Virus record (IMG/VR): IMGVR_UViG_3300042868_003052
Coordinates: 10,492-74,491 of that record
Reading direction: 5' to 3' (one strand)
DNA length: 64,000 nucleotides
Source of the DNA: a virus
Lineage: Duplodnaviria > Heunggongvirae > Uroviricota > Caudoviricetes
Shown here: piece by piece, positions 47,400 to 56,671 of the stretch
Position numbering within the stretch: position 1 is the first letter of the stretch
Layout of the letters: each line of letters opens with the position of its first letter
Translations under genes and position numbers: made by a program
The notes under the pieces: generated by a model
Databases searched by the model: none
What the model saw: only the letters and a program-made list of their open reading frames with translations
What the model was told of the DNA's origin: nothing

Positions 47400-47818
47400 A
47401 ATGGCCCTTCACGTTCTACAAAGACTCTCTGGTTTCAGAGGGTGCTGCAGGATGTGCAAGGGGCTTTCTAATCTTTATCCGTGAAAAATATAAAGATGAT
47501 GAAGGTCTCTACGCACACGAATTCAATCACGTAAAGCAATATTTAGCATTTGCACTATTGGGTCTTGCTATCTTTGCAATCCAATTCCAAAATCAGATTG
47601 ACCCTAATCTGAATTATGTAGCGATGGTTGTAGCCTCGTTGCATCCGCTGCTGTATAAGTTTGTACCTAGCTATAGGTTATGGGCTGAAGTACAGTGTTA
47701 CAAAATTCAAAACAGTTATTGTGAAACTGATCGCTCAGAGCTATTTGCAAAGTTCATTGCTGAAAGTTACGATCTAGATATCACACAAGCTGAAGCATTG
47801 AGAAAGATGAGAGAATGA
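47396..47818 (+). CDS. hypothetical protein with HExxH (HEFNH) motif and TM segment
   Basis: YAHEFNHVKQY followed by hydrophobic helix LAFALLGLAIFAI. Confidence 0.3.
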   Translation: MKWPFTFYKDSLVSEGAAGCARGFLIFIREKYKDDEGLYAHEFNHVKQYLAFALLGLAIFAIQFQNQIDPNLNYVAMVVASLHPLLYKFVPSYRLWAEVQCYKIQNSYCETDRSELFAKFIAESYDLDITQAEALRKMRE

Positions 47819-48216
47819 GTAAAACTCCAACACCAAAGGCACCTCAAGTGAAGCCTGTCGAACACATTGCAGATCAAACTATTGTGCCAGAAACTCAGCT
47901 GCCTCTTGATGGTGTGCCACCTGCTGAAGATGCTAACCCTCCTGCAGAACAAACACCGCCTATTGTTGACACACCTCCCGCTGATACTCCGCCTGCTCCA
48001 AACCCAGATCAGGGTACTCTTGATTTGGCTGACAGTATCAAGCCTAAAGATGAAGTGAAGCCTGTCGAAGTTACTGGTAAGAATCCTGCTGATTCTGTGC
48101 CTTCTTTGTGGACTATCTCGCCTCTTGAAGGGGATCAGATTGAAGGCTACAACTCAACGTCTCGTAGTCGTTTCACTGGCACTATTGCAGAATTCAACTC
48201 TATGTTGAGGAGCTAA
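47815..48216 (+). CDS. proline-rich low-complexity protein
   Basis: PPAEDANPPAEQTPPIVDTPPADTPPAPNPD. Immediately upstream of portal. Confidence 0.35.
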   Translation: MSKTPTPKAPQVKPVEHIADQTIVPETQLPLDGVPPAEDANPPAEQTPPIVDTPPADTPPAPNPDQGTLDLADSIKPKDEVKPVEVTGKNPADSVPSLWTISPLEGDQIEGYNSTSRSRFTGTIAEFNSMLRS

Positions 48217-48217
48217 G

Positions 48218-49798
48218 ATGGCTGTAAACGCTGCCCAATCTTCTGTTAAAACTGTAGCAGATCCGAATGGTGCGTATGACTCGATGAAGCCGCTTTGGAA
48301 CAAGAGCAGAGCAGTCTGTAGCGGGGAGCGTTTCGTTAAAGAATTTGATGGTGTCATTGATATCGTCCAGTTCCGTAACTTGCTCATCCCGTTCTCACCA
48401 TCGATGACGCAACCTCAATACAACTTCTATAAAGCTGAAGCTGAACTGCCTGGCATTACTGCCCAGTTTAGCAAGATGCTTGTAGGTGGTTTGCTACGTA
48501 AGCAACCTGTGTTGAGCTTGCCAGATACTGTGCCAAAAGAGGCTAGTGACTGGATTATGAATACCTTTGGTAAGGATGATTCACCACTAGCTGCCTTTCT
48601 TGACCAAGCTCTTTGGGAGGAAGTTCAAACATCACGGGCCTGGGTCTTCATTGACTACCCTGAGATTAAGAACCCTAACAGCTTGACTAAAGAAGATCTT
48701 GCTAAGTACAAACCCTACCCTGTGTTGCATAATGCAGAGTCTATCATCAACTGGCGTGTTCGTCAAGATGCATATGGTAAGACTGTACTTGACCGAGTGA
48801 TTATTCGTGGTATGGTAGAAGAATTCAAAGAAAACGAATTCCATGCTACCTACACTGACACTTGCTGGGTGCATGAATTGGATGAGGCTGGCTATTATCA
48901 GATACGTGTGTTTAAACGTGAAGATAAGACCACTAATATTCCAGTCATCGCAGGTCAACAACAGACAAAACACGGTACTGAAAAGTTTGTGTTCAAGGAA
49001 GTTGAAGTCATTACCAACATACTCGCCAATGATCAGCGTTTAACTGAAATTCCTGCTTGGCCTTTGAATGGCTCTATTGAACTTGTTGAACCAATGCTCT
49101 CACCTATTATTGATAAGGAAGTAGCACTGTATAACAAGATCAGTCGTCGAAATCACTTGCTGTATGGTGCTTCTACCTATACACCTGTAATTATCTCTGA
49201 CATGGGTGACGATGATTTTGATGAGATTGTGGCGGGTGGTCTTGGTACTTGGATTCGTCTACGTCAAGGTGATGATGCCAAGGTTCTTGAAACACCTACA
49301 GCTGCACTTCAAGATATGGATAGAGCTATTGCTGCTTCTGTTGAAGAGATGGCCAAGCTCGGCATCCGTATGCTGTCGCCTGAGGCTGCTCAGTCTGGTG
49401 TAGCTTTGGAAATCAGGAATGCTGCTCAGACAGCTCAACTTGGAACATTGAACAGTAAGATTAGTAACGTGATGAGTCAAATCATTGTGTTCATGATCAA
49501 CTGGCGCTATGATCTTGAGTTGAAAGTGTCTGATATTGATTTCTCACTGTCTGCTGACTTCAACCCAACACCTCTTGGTGCTGATTGGTTGCGTCTTGCT
49601 ACAGAGTGGTATCAAGCAGGCCTAATCCCACGTACTGTGTGGTTGCAAGTGCTTAAGCAAAACGACATTATCCCTCCTGACTATGACGATGAAACAGGTA
49701 AGCAAGAAATTAATAGCGATGAGCTTCTGAACAAACCAGCTGATACCGGTAACGGCGATTATGCTGGAAAGATGAAAGAGTTGCTAGATCGCAGCTGA
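48218..49798 (+). CDS. portal protein
   Basis: 526 aa. Position upstream of MuF-like, scaffold and capsid genes. Typical portal size and charged C-terminal tail. Confidence 0.55.
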   Translation: MAVNAAQSSVKTVADPNGAYDSMKPLWNKSRAVCSGERFVKEFDGVIDIVQFRNLLIPFSPSMTQPQYNFYKAEAELPGITAQFSKMLVGGLLRKQPVLSLPDTVPKEASDWIMNTFGKDDSPLAAFLDQALWEEVQTSRAWVFIDYPEIKNPNSLTKEDLAKYKPYPVLHNAESIINWRVRQDAYGKTVLDRVIIRGMVEEFKENEFHATYTDTCWVHELDEAGYYQIRVFKREDKTTNIPVIAGQQQTKHGTEKFVFKEVEVITNILANDQRLTEIPAWPLNGSIELVEPMLSPIIDKEVALYNKISRRNHLLYGASTYTPVIISDMGDDDFDEIVAGGLGTWIRLRQGDDAKVLETPTAALQDMDRAIAASVEEMAKLGIRMLSPEAAQSGVALEIRNAAQTAQLGTLNSKISNVMSQIIVFMINWRYDLELKVSDIDFSLSADFNPTPLGADWLRLATEWYQAGLIPRTVWLQVLKQNDIIPPDYDDETGKQEINSDELLNKPADTGNGDYAGKMKELLDRS

Positions 49799-49816
49799 TA
49801 ACAAAGAAAGTAAACC

Positions 49817-50326
49817 ATGTTTAATTTAACGATTTACTCCAATTTAATTTCGGTGCTTGAGTACAATCCAGATACCGGAATCTTCAATTGGCTGATAAGC
49901 CCTAAAAGAGGCATTCCTGCTGGCTCTGTAGCTGGCTTCTTGAATAATGGTTATATCCAGATTTCGTATAAGCGAAAACATTACAACGCTCACACACTCG
50001 CGTGGCTTTACTGTAATAAAAACTTACCATCTGGTATTTTAGATCACATTGACTGTAACAAGTCTAACAACCGAATCAGTAATTTACGAATTGTTGATCA
50101 CACTTTGAATCGCATAAATACGTTAACTCGCCACGATAATACTTCTGGATACAAGGGTGTGTCTTACGACAAGAAGTCGAAAAAATGGCGTGCTCAAATC
50201 AACCATGACAAGCAGCGTATTTATCTAGGTGTATACGAGTCACCAGAAGAAGCTTTTGAAGCCTACTGCGAAATAGGTAAAGAGCTCTATGGTGAACATT
50301 TCAACAATGGTGAAAAGAATGATTAA
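49817..50326 (+). CDS. HNH_3 + AP2-domain homing endonuclease
   Basis: LDHIDCNKSNNRISNLR (HNH_3) and GYKGVSYDKKSKKWRAQI..RIYLGVYESPEEAFEAY (AP2 domain). Confidence 0.7.
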   Translation: MFNLTIYSNLISVLEYNPDTGIFNWLISPKRGIPAGSVAGFLNNGYIQISYKRKHYNAHTLAWLYCNKNLPSGILDHIDCNKSNNRISNLRIVDHTLNRINTLTRHDNTSGYKGVSYDKKSKKWRAQINHDKQRIYLGVYESPEEAFEAYCEIGKELYGEHFNNGEKND

Positions 50327-53300
50327 TTCAAATACACAGATTTTTGATAAGGCACTAGATCGCGCAGCCATGGTGCGTTTGTACGAAAGACGCGTCAACG
50401 GTAAAGTGGAACTTGTCATTGACGGTCATACCGTTAGGGTCGATAAGTTAATTCGAGAAGCCAATCTGTCTCAGAAAGGCTTTGAGAAACTCCGTGATGC
50501 GATTGATCTAGAGCTTCAATCAACATACAAAGAGGTGTTCAACACTTCAAAGAGATCTTTGCTAGATCTTGTCAACGATCAAATAAGTTTTACTTATCAG
50601 AACATTGAGTCTGCTATAGGTAAGATTTGGAAACCAAGCACACCGCAAAGGCGTGTTTCAGATGAGATTGTACTAGAGCGTCCACTTGCTGGTGATAAGA
50701 CTCTAGCTGCAGGTTGGGCTGGTGTCAGCGCCAACGAGAAAACTAGACTTGAGAGTGTGATTCGAAAAGGAATTGCAGAAGGTTCTACAGTAGAGCAAAT
50801 TGCCTTAGAGGTGCGTCGTGGTAATGTACATACGATAACACGCTCACAAAGCAAAGCATTGGTCGTTACTGCAATTACTAGTGTAACAGCACAAGCTGAT
50901 CACGAAGTCTACCGCGCCAACGAGAAGGCAATTCAGGGGTGGCAGTATGTGGCCGTCTTGGATGCCAGAACCACGCCCTTGTGCTCGCACCGAGACGGGC
51001 ATATCTACCCCATAAGGGACACGGCGCACTTGCCTCCGGCCCACTTTAACTGTCGCTCTACAACAGTTCCCGTGTTTAAATCCTGGGAGGACATTGGTAA
51101 GCTAGAGGGTGTTGCTCAAGTTAGACGTAGAAACCTTCAAAACCTAAGTAAGAAGCAGATTGCCTTTTATGATGGTCAGACACCACTACGTGAGACTTAC
51201 AATGACTGGCTTGCTCGCCAGACAACAGATGTGCAGCTAAGACACCTTGGCGAATACTCTAAAGTTGAGTTGTTTAGATCAGGTCAACTGACTGTTGATA
51301 AGTTCACTAATCCTGACGGTAATTCGTTAGGTATTCGTGAGCTGAGAGCCATGACAGACTCTGGCTATGACTTGCCAAATGACACAAAGAAGTTTGCATC
51401 TGCAAAAGCTAAGCTTGATGCTATGCAACTTGGAGCAGCCTCACCTGATGATTTCTTGTCAGATGAGAAGCTTAAGAAAACTTTGGTAGATTACTACTTG
51501 CTTCAGTCAGGCGAACTTGACGGTACGCTCTCGATGACTAACTATCGAGGTACTCTGTTACATGCAAAGAAGGCTGCTAAGACTAGAGTATTGTCGTCTC
51601 CACCTAGAGAAGATCAACTCAAGTTTAACCCAGTCACTGGAAGATATGAAGACATCCGTCTGTATCAACCGAATATTGGTGTACATAGTAATAACCGTCG
51701 TTTGCTTGAACAATCTGAAGTATTGAAACAAGCTGACAAAGACTTTATCATGTCTATTGATGCATCTCTTGAAAACAAGATGAGCATTAACGAACGTGCT
51801 GTTGTACTTGATAACCTACGTATTGTGTTTACACGATATCGTAATAATCCAGAACCTTGGGTTAACTTTAAGGCTGTTGTTCAAGCACAGATTAAGTTTG
51901 ATGTGATGAACGTATCTGATGCCATTGAAACACAACTCCGAAAAGACAGTGACCCGCTGAAACGTCTACTGCAAGATAACTATATTGATCCAGTGCTCGG
52001 TCCTGTACAGCTTGATGATTTACACAATAACTTCATCAAGAACATTACGGCTAAGAACCGATGGGAAGATAGTACTGCACCGAAGATTGCAAAAGAATTG
52101 CGAGATACTTTTGATGCAGTGATTCTTGAGAAGAACCCGTTTATTTGGAAACGAATTGATGGTCGTGACATGCAGCAGTTTTATCTGCGCTTTGCACATC
52201 GTTTGAGCTTAGCTGACAGCCCTGATCGTGATCAATTTGCTGTGGCTCTGGGTCGTGACCTTTACAATCTTGCCAACTTCAACGGTGATCGTAGAAAGTG
52301 GTATGATTTAGGCATGGCAATCTTGGATGATACCAAGGTTAACAAGCTATTCAAGATTGAGACTTTTGGTGTACAAAAACGACGAATGAAGAGCCGCCTT
52401 AGTGGTTCTTACTTTGGCCCTTATTATGACACACTTGCTTACAACATCCGTGTTACAGACCCTCGAATTCAAGAGTACGCTCAACTGACTCGTAAGGTTG
52501 ACTTAGGTCTGCGAGTAGCTGTCTTGAATGATTCAAACAAACTTGTGTTTAGAGAAGGCTTCAAAACCTACTTCGTAGATCGTGGAATCCTCGGTTTAGA
52601 AGACACTCGTATACCAATCACATCGACATCAAGCTTTAGTGATTTCCCAGAAGAGTTTGTAGATAAAAACATGGTGGATGCGCTTAATTGGGCATCAGAG
52701 ACAAAATACAAAGTGGATGAGGACTATTTTGACTTCATCAAGAAGCTGCTGTATTTTGAGGATGATAAAGGTAAAGCACAATACTACAATGAGTTGAATG
52801 AGTATCGTAAATTCATCTCAGCTCGTGGTGATGCATATGAACGTTTCAAAGCAATGGAATGGTTACGTGCAAAACGTGCAGCATTCAGTAATCATCCTTT
52901 TATCGATCACCGTGCTCGTATCTATGACAGAGGCTTAATTAGTCCACAGTCTGGTGAGACATTCCGTCCATTCTTGAATACCGCTGTTGAGCGTGACTTC
53001 AGCAAAGATGGCTATGACAACTTGCAAGATCAAATTGGTGCTTTTCTTGGTGGTCACAGTGATAAGCTTGAAGGTGCCTTTAACTCATTGACAATCACAG
53101 GTCGTCAGAAGATTGCTAGAAAGTATCGTGATGAGATGGTCAAGCTTGGCTATCACATGCGTAGGGCTAAGCCTGGTGATGTTCGTGCTGTACTTGAGTC
53201 TGAACTGACTGGCATGATTGATGGTGAAGAGCAAGGTAAATTCTTTCGATTTGCCATTGAGATGTCAAAGATTGATGAGTTCTTGGAGGGTAACTACTCT

Positions 53301-53569
53301 GCAAGAAACCTCGAACGACTGTCAAACTACAAGATAGCACTAGCACTAGAACAGGATGCTTCGTCCTCTGGTGCACAGATTATTGCACTGACTACTCGAA
53401 ACAAAGAGCTTGCTGAGCTTAGTAATGTAGTACCTACTACACAAAAGCGAAGGCTTTATGACGAGATTGCAGCGTCAACATACAATGACCCTGAATTTCG
53501 AAAGCTCAACCTGAAGCTAGGTCTGAACGAAAAAGACTTGCGTAAAGCTGCTAAAGCGCAGAACATGGT
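50289..53569 (+). CDS. MuF-domain / T7-like RNA polymerase fusion (RNAP 2), exon 1
   Basis: N-terminal 270 aa carry the Phage_Mu_F motif (WQYVAVLDARTTPLCSHRDG..PPAHFNCRST). Downstream carries RNAP motif A DASSSGAQI (T7 DGSCSGIQH) and the first half of motif B RKAAKAQNMV. Confidence 0.75.
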
Positions 53570-54431
53570 AGAATGTTGCCATGTATAAACCTCGTGAATT
53601 CAGGGAAAATCCCAAAGGGACAATCCTGAGCCAAGCTTAGACAGTAATGTCTTTGAAGGTGCAACGACTAAGACAAACGGTCCATATCGGATTATGAAGT
53701 CTGTAGAAATCATGCCGATTTCGAAGCGCGGGGACGTACTATTCCTTAGGGATGCAGACGTAAAAGATAGTCTAATCTATACAGTAATGTATAGCAGGAG
53801 TTAGCGTGAATTACGAAAAGCACTATATAGCTTTAATTGAAAAATACGGCACTACTAGTAGACCGTTTAAGGGTTATCATGAACGTCACCATGTCCTTCC
53901 TAAATGCATGGGTGGTAAAGATGTTTACGATAACCTGGTGTACTTAACGGCGAGATGTCACTTATTGGCTCATTGGCTGTTGATGAAAGCTTTTCCAGAA
54001 GTAAAAGGTTTAAAAATTGCTTATGCAACAATGTGTACGCGTGATGGTATAAAGCTGTCGCCCGTGATGTATCAAATTGCAAAAGATGCAGTTAGCGGCG
54101 ATAACTCTATGCTTGCGAGGGCTGTTGTGACACCTTTAGGTTCATTTCCTACAGTGGCTGCAGCGGCGATAGCGCACGGTGTATCAAAAGCCACTATTTC
54201 AAAGAAGGCAGGGAGCACTAGTGTACTTCATAAAGGCTATCACTGGGTAGACCATATAGTAAAGGGTGATGTAGCGGATGGTCGAAACGCGCATCACTTG
54301 AGGAAAGGTGTTAGAACACCTTTTGGAAATTTCGAATCGACACGTGAAGCTGGTAGAGTGCTTGGCATTAATCACTCTACAATCACAAAGCGCATAAAGC
54401 GTGGTGATGACGGCTACTCCTATATGAAATG
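53570..54431 (+). mobile_element. group I intron (about 862 nt) containing an HNH homing-endonuclease ORF
   Basis: Exon 1 ends in U (53569), intron ends in G (54431). P1: exon ACAUGGU (53563-69) pairs with intron GCCAUGU (53578-84) including a U.G pair at the splice site. P10: intron GAAUGU (53571-76) pairs with exon 2 ACAUUC (54433-38). Splicing restores RKAAKAQNMV-TFYG, equivalent to T7 motif B RSVTKRSVMTLAYG. Confidence 0.7.
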
Positions 54432-54432
54432 A
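53806..54432 (+). CDS. HNH homing endonuclease with C-terminal NUMOD-like DNA-binding repeats (intron-encoded)
   Basis: GTG start with SD aggag. HNH motif YHERHHVLPKCMGGKDVYDNLVYLTARCHLLAHW. HTH-like repeats GVSKATISKK / LGINHSTITKRI. Confidence 0.75.
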   Translation: MNYEKHYIALIEKYGTTSRPFKGYHERHHVLPKCMGGKDVYDNLVYLTARCHLLAHWLLMKAFPEVKGLKIAYATMCTRDGIKLSPVMYQIAKDAVSGDNSMLARAVVTPLGSFPTVAAAAIAHGVSKATISKKAGSTSVLHKGYHWVDHIVKGDVADGRNAHHLRKGVRTPFGNFESTREAGRVLGINHSTITKRIKRGDDGYSYMK

Positions 54433-55815
54433 ACATTCTACGGTGCTGGTGAACGAACTGGCATCATGAACGTAGAAGGTAAGCTGGCTAAAGCTCTTGG
54501 AAAAGATGGTAACACACTTGTTGTCAAAGCTGCAGATCGAGATGTCGTACTGAATGAAATCAGTGCAAGGGCAGCTAGGTATGAAAGGTTTGACCCAGAG
54601 ACAGCCGCTGAACTGAAGCAGTTACGTCAGGATGTTCGTGATGTGTTTAACAAAGGTATTGACCCTGGTGATGACATACTTGAACAGCTTTACTTTCTTG
54701 AACCTAAGACAAAAGAGTTGGTTGAGAAACTATCTCATTCTTATGATCGAGTTGTGACACCTGATGACTTCAAGCAGATTGCTCAGATTATGAGTGAGAA
54801 GCTTAGAGAGCAAGTACCTATCCTTAAAGACTTCACAAAGTTCTTTGGTCGCCTTGCAGAAGATTATCTTGCTTCGGCAAAACCTTCTAACAGCATGTTT
54901 GATTGGAAGACAATTGCAAAGTTAACACTACGTGGTAGCAAGAAGAAAGGCTACCGACTTCCAGACTATGTGAGTGAGATGCTCGGTCTGAAAGCTGGAG
55001 AGCCTGTCTCTGAAAAGCTACTGAAGCGGTTATCATTTTGGAAACCTGACAGTACACTAGCAGACTTGTTGTTTGGTGTTAAATCACCTGATAACAGACG
55101 TACTGGTGCAAAATTCTTGAAATTTGATATTGCACAAGTTAAGGATGTTTATGAGCTAGAGATTTTCTACGCTAATAAATTACCTAAGAGCTGGACGAAT
55201 GTACCTTGGGTTAACTTTGATGGTAAGACCATTGAGCAAAACTTTACACAAGCTTTTGAAGAGCGTTTAGTGTATAAGAATGCTGATGGTGAGTGGACTA
55301 CCAACATTTTGCAAGTACCTCAGAAGACTGAGGCTACGTGGTGGGAACAAGTGATTAATAAATCTGGGAAGATTAATGACATCGCTGATGCATCGAAGGC
55401 TAGGACAGCTTTTGCTGTTAACGGTAACCATTCAAATGATGCTGTTATTGTTAAGAAGTTTCACTTGTGGGGTAGAGCCTCTGGCACACCTACATCTACC
55501 ATTCATGATGCGTTCTTTGCCAATGCTGCTGACATGCTTAAAGCTAGAGATGCCCTCCGTGGTATCTATGCTGAGACTCTGAGTAAGAACGTCATTTTGA
55601 TGACACTTGAAGAGATGAAAGCACGAGGCTTGCCTAAAGAGCTTTACGACAAATATTTAAATGAGGCTATTGAAACAGGTCTAATACCTATCCCTGGGCG
55701 CTCTAGGGTGGGTGGTAAACTTCTAAAGGATTCAGATATTCTGACACCGTCTGATATTCTTAAGAAAGTACCAAAAGGTTTTAATGAAGATTACGGTTGG
55801 TACGGCGTTGGCTAA
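54432..55815 (+). CDS. T7-like RNA polymerase (RNAP 2), exon 2
   Basis: In-frame continuation TFYGAGERTG.. has no start codon of its own. Contains NGNHSNDAV (T7 FVHSQDGS) and motif C IHDAFFANAADMLKARDALRGIYAE (T7 IHDSFGTIPADAANLFKAVRETMVDTY). Confidence 0.75.
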
Positions 55816-55847
55816 AGTTAAGGGAGTCTGCGAAGATTCCTTTAACT

Positions 55848-55867
55848 AAGCCCGTTAACTTAACCCA
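55848..55867 (+). promoter_or_regulatory. phage-specific promoter-like element, copy 6 (AAGCCCGTTAACTTAACCCa)
   Basis: Upstream of the scaffold and capsid genes. Confidence 0.55.
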
Positions 55868-55973
55868 GGTGTGAAATCGATTTAGATTATATCTTGTCGG
55901 TTGATTTAATTTAATTCTAGCAAGTAGACAGATAGTATCTCCTACTTCTGAGTTGTACTCAAAAGGAATGAAA

Positions 55974-56657
55974 ATGGCTGATAACCAAAACCAAAACGAA
56001 AACACTGACCCTAACAACGCCAATGGTGGTGAGGGTGGTGAAGACAAGAACAAGCAACAGCAGAACAGCAATGTCCCTGACATCGAGAAGCTGGTTCAAG
56101 AGAAACTGGATGAGTCCTTGAAGGACATCAAAGGTAAACTTGACAAGGCTTATGGTGCTCGTGACGAGGCTCTCAAGAAGGTTGCTGAGTTCGAACAGGC
56201 TAAGCGCGAAGCTGAATTGAAGCGACTGCAAGACGAAGGCAAACACAAAGAAGCCTATGAAATGCAGCTTGCTGAAGAACGTGCAAAACGTGAAGCACTT
56301 GAGAAACGCAATGTCGAACTGACTCGCGATATCAGTGTGCGCAACGCTCTTGCATCTCACCCTTTCCGTAATGATAACGCCTCTGAGATGGCTTATCGTG
56401 AAATCGTGGGTAACCTTGTCCAAAATGAAAAGGGCGAGTGGGTTCACAAAACTGGAGTCTCTGTAAAGGACTTCATCAAAGCTTTCGCTGAGAATGATGA
56501 GAACGCATTCTTGTTTAAACCAAAGATGTCTTCTGGCTCTGGTTCTCAAGGTACTCAAAAGAACTCTGACAATTCAGCTGGCAAGTCTATCTTCCAACTG
56601 TCTCAAGATGAAGTTCTCAAACGCGCTCGTGAAGGTACGCTTCGCGGCACAAAATGA
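55974..56657 (+). CDS. scaffolding protein
   Basis: Highly charged coiled-coil (KREAELKRLQDEGKHKEAYEMQLAEERAKREALEKR). Immediately upstream of the capsid gene. Confidence 0.55.
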   Translation: MADNQNQNENTDPNNANGGEGGEDKNKQQQNSNVPDIEKLVQEKLDESLKDIKGKLDKAYGARDEALKKVAEFEQAKREAELKRLQDEGKHKEAYEMQLAEERAKREALEKRNVELTRDISVRNALASHPFRNDNASEMAYREIVGNLVQNEKGEWVHKTGVSVKDFIKAFAENDENAFLFKPKMSSGSGSQGTQKNSDNSAGKSIFQLSQDEVLKRAREGTLRGTK

Positions 56658-56671
56658 AACAAGGAAATTAA

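Noticed and set aside
50289-55815. Intein or trans-split explanation for the interrupted RNAP 2 gene
   Set aside because: The HNH ORF is in a different frame from exon 1 and is preceded by an in-frame stop, so it is not an intein. Exon 2 codons TFYGAGERTG precede any ATG and complete motif B only if joined to exon 1. P1/P10 pairings and the U...G splice-site rules fit a group I intron. Trans-splitting cannot be fully excluded without RNA data.
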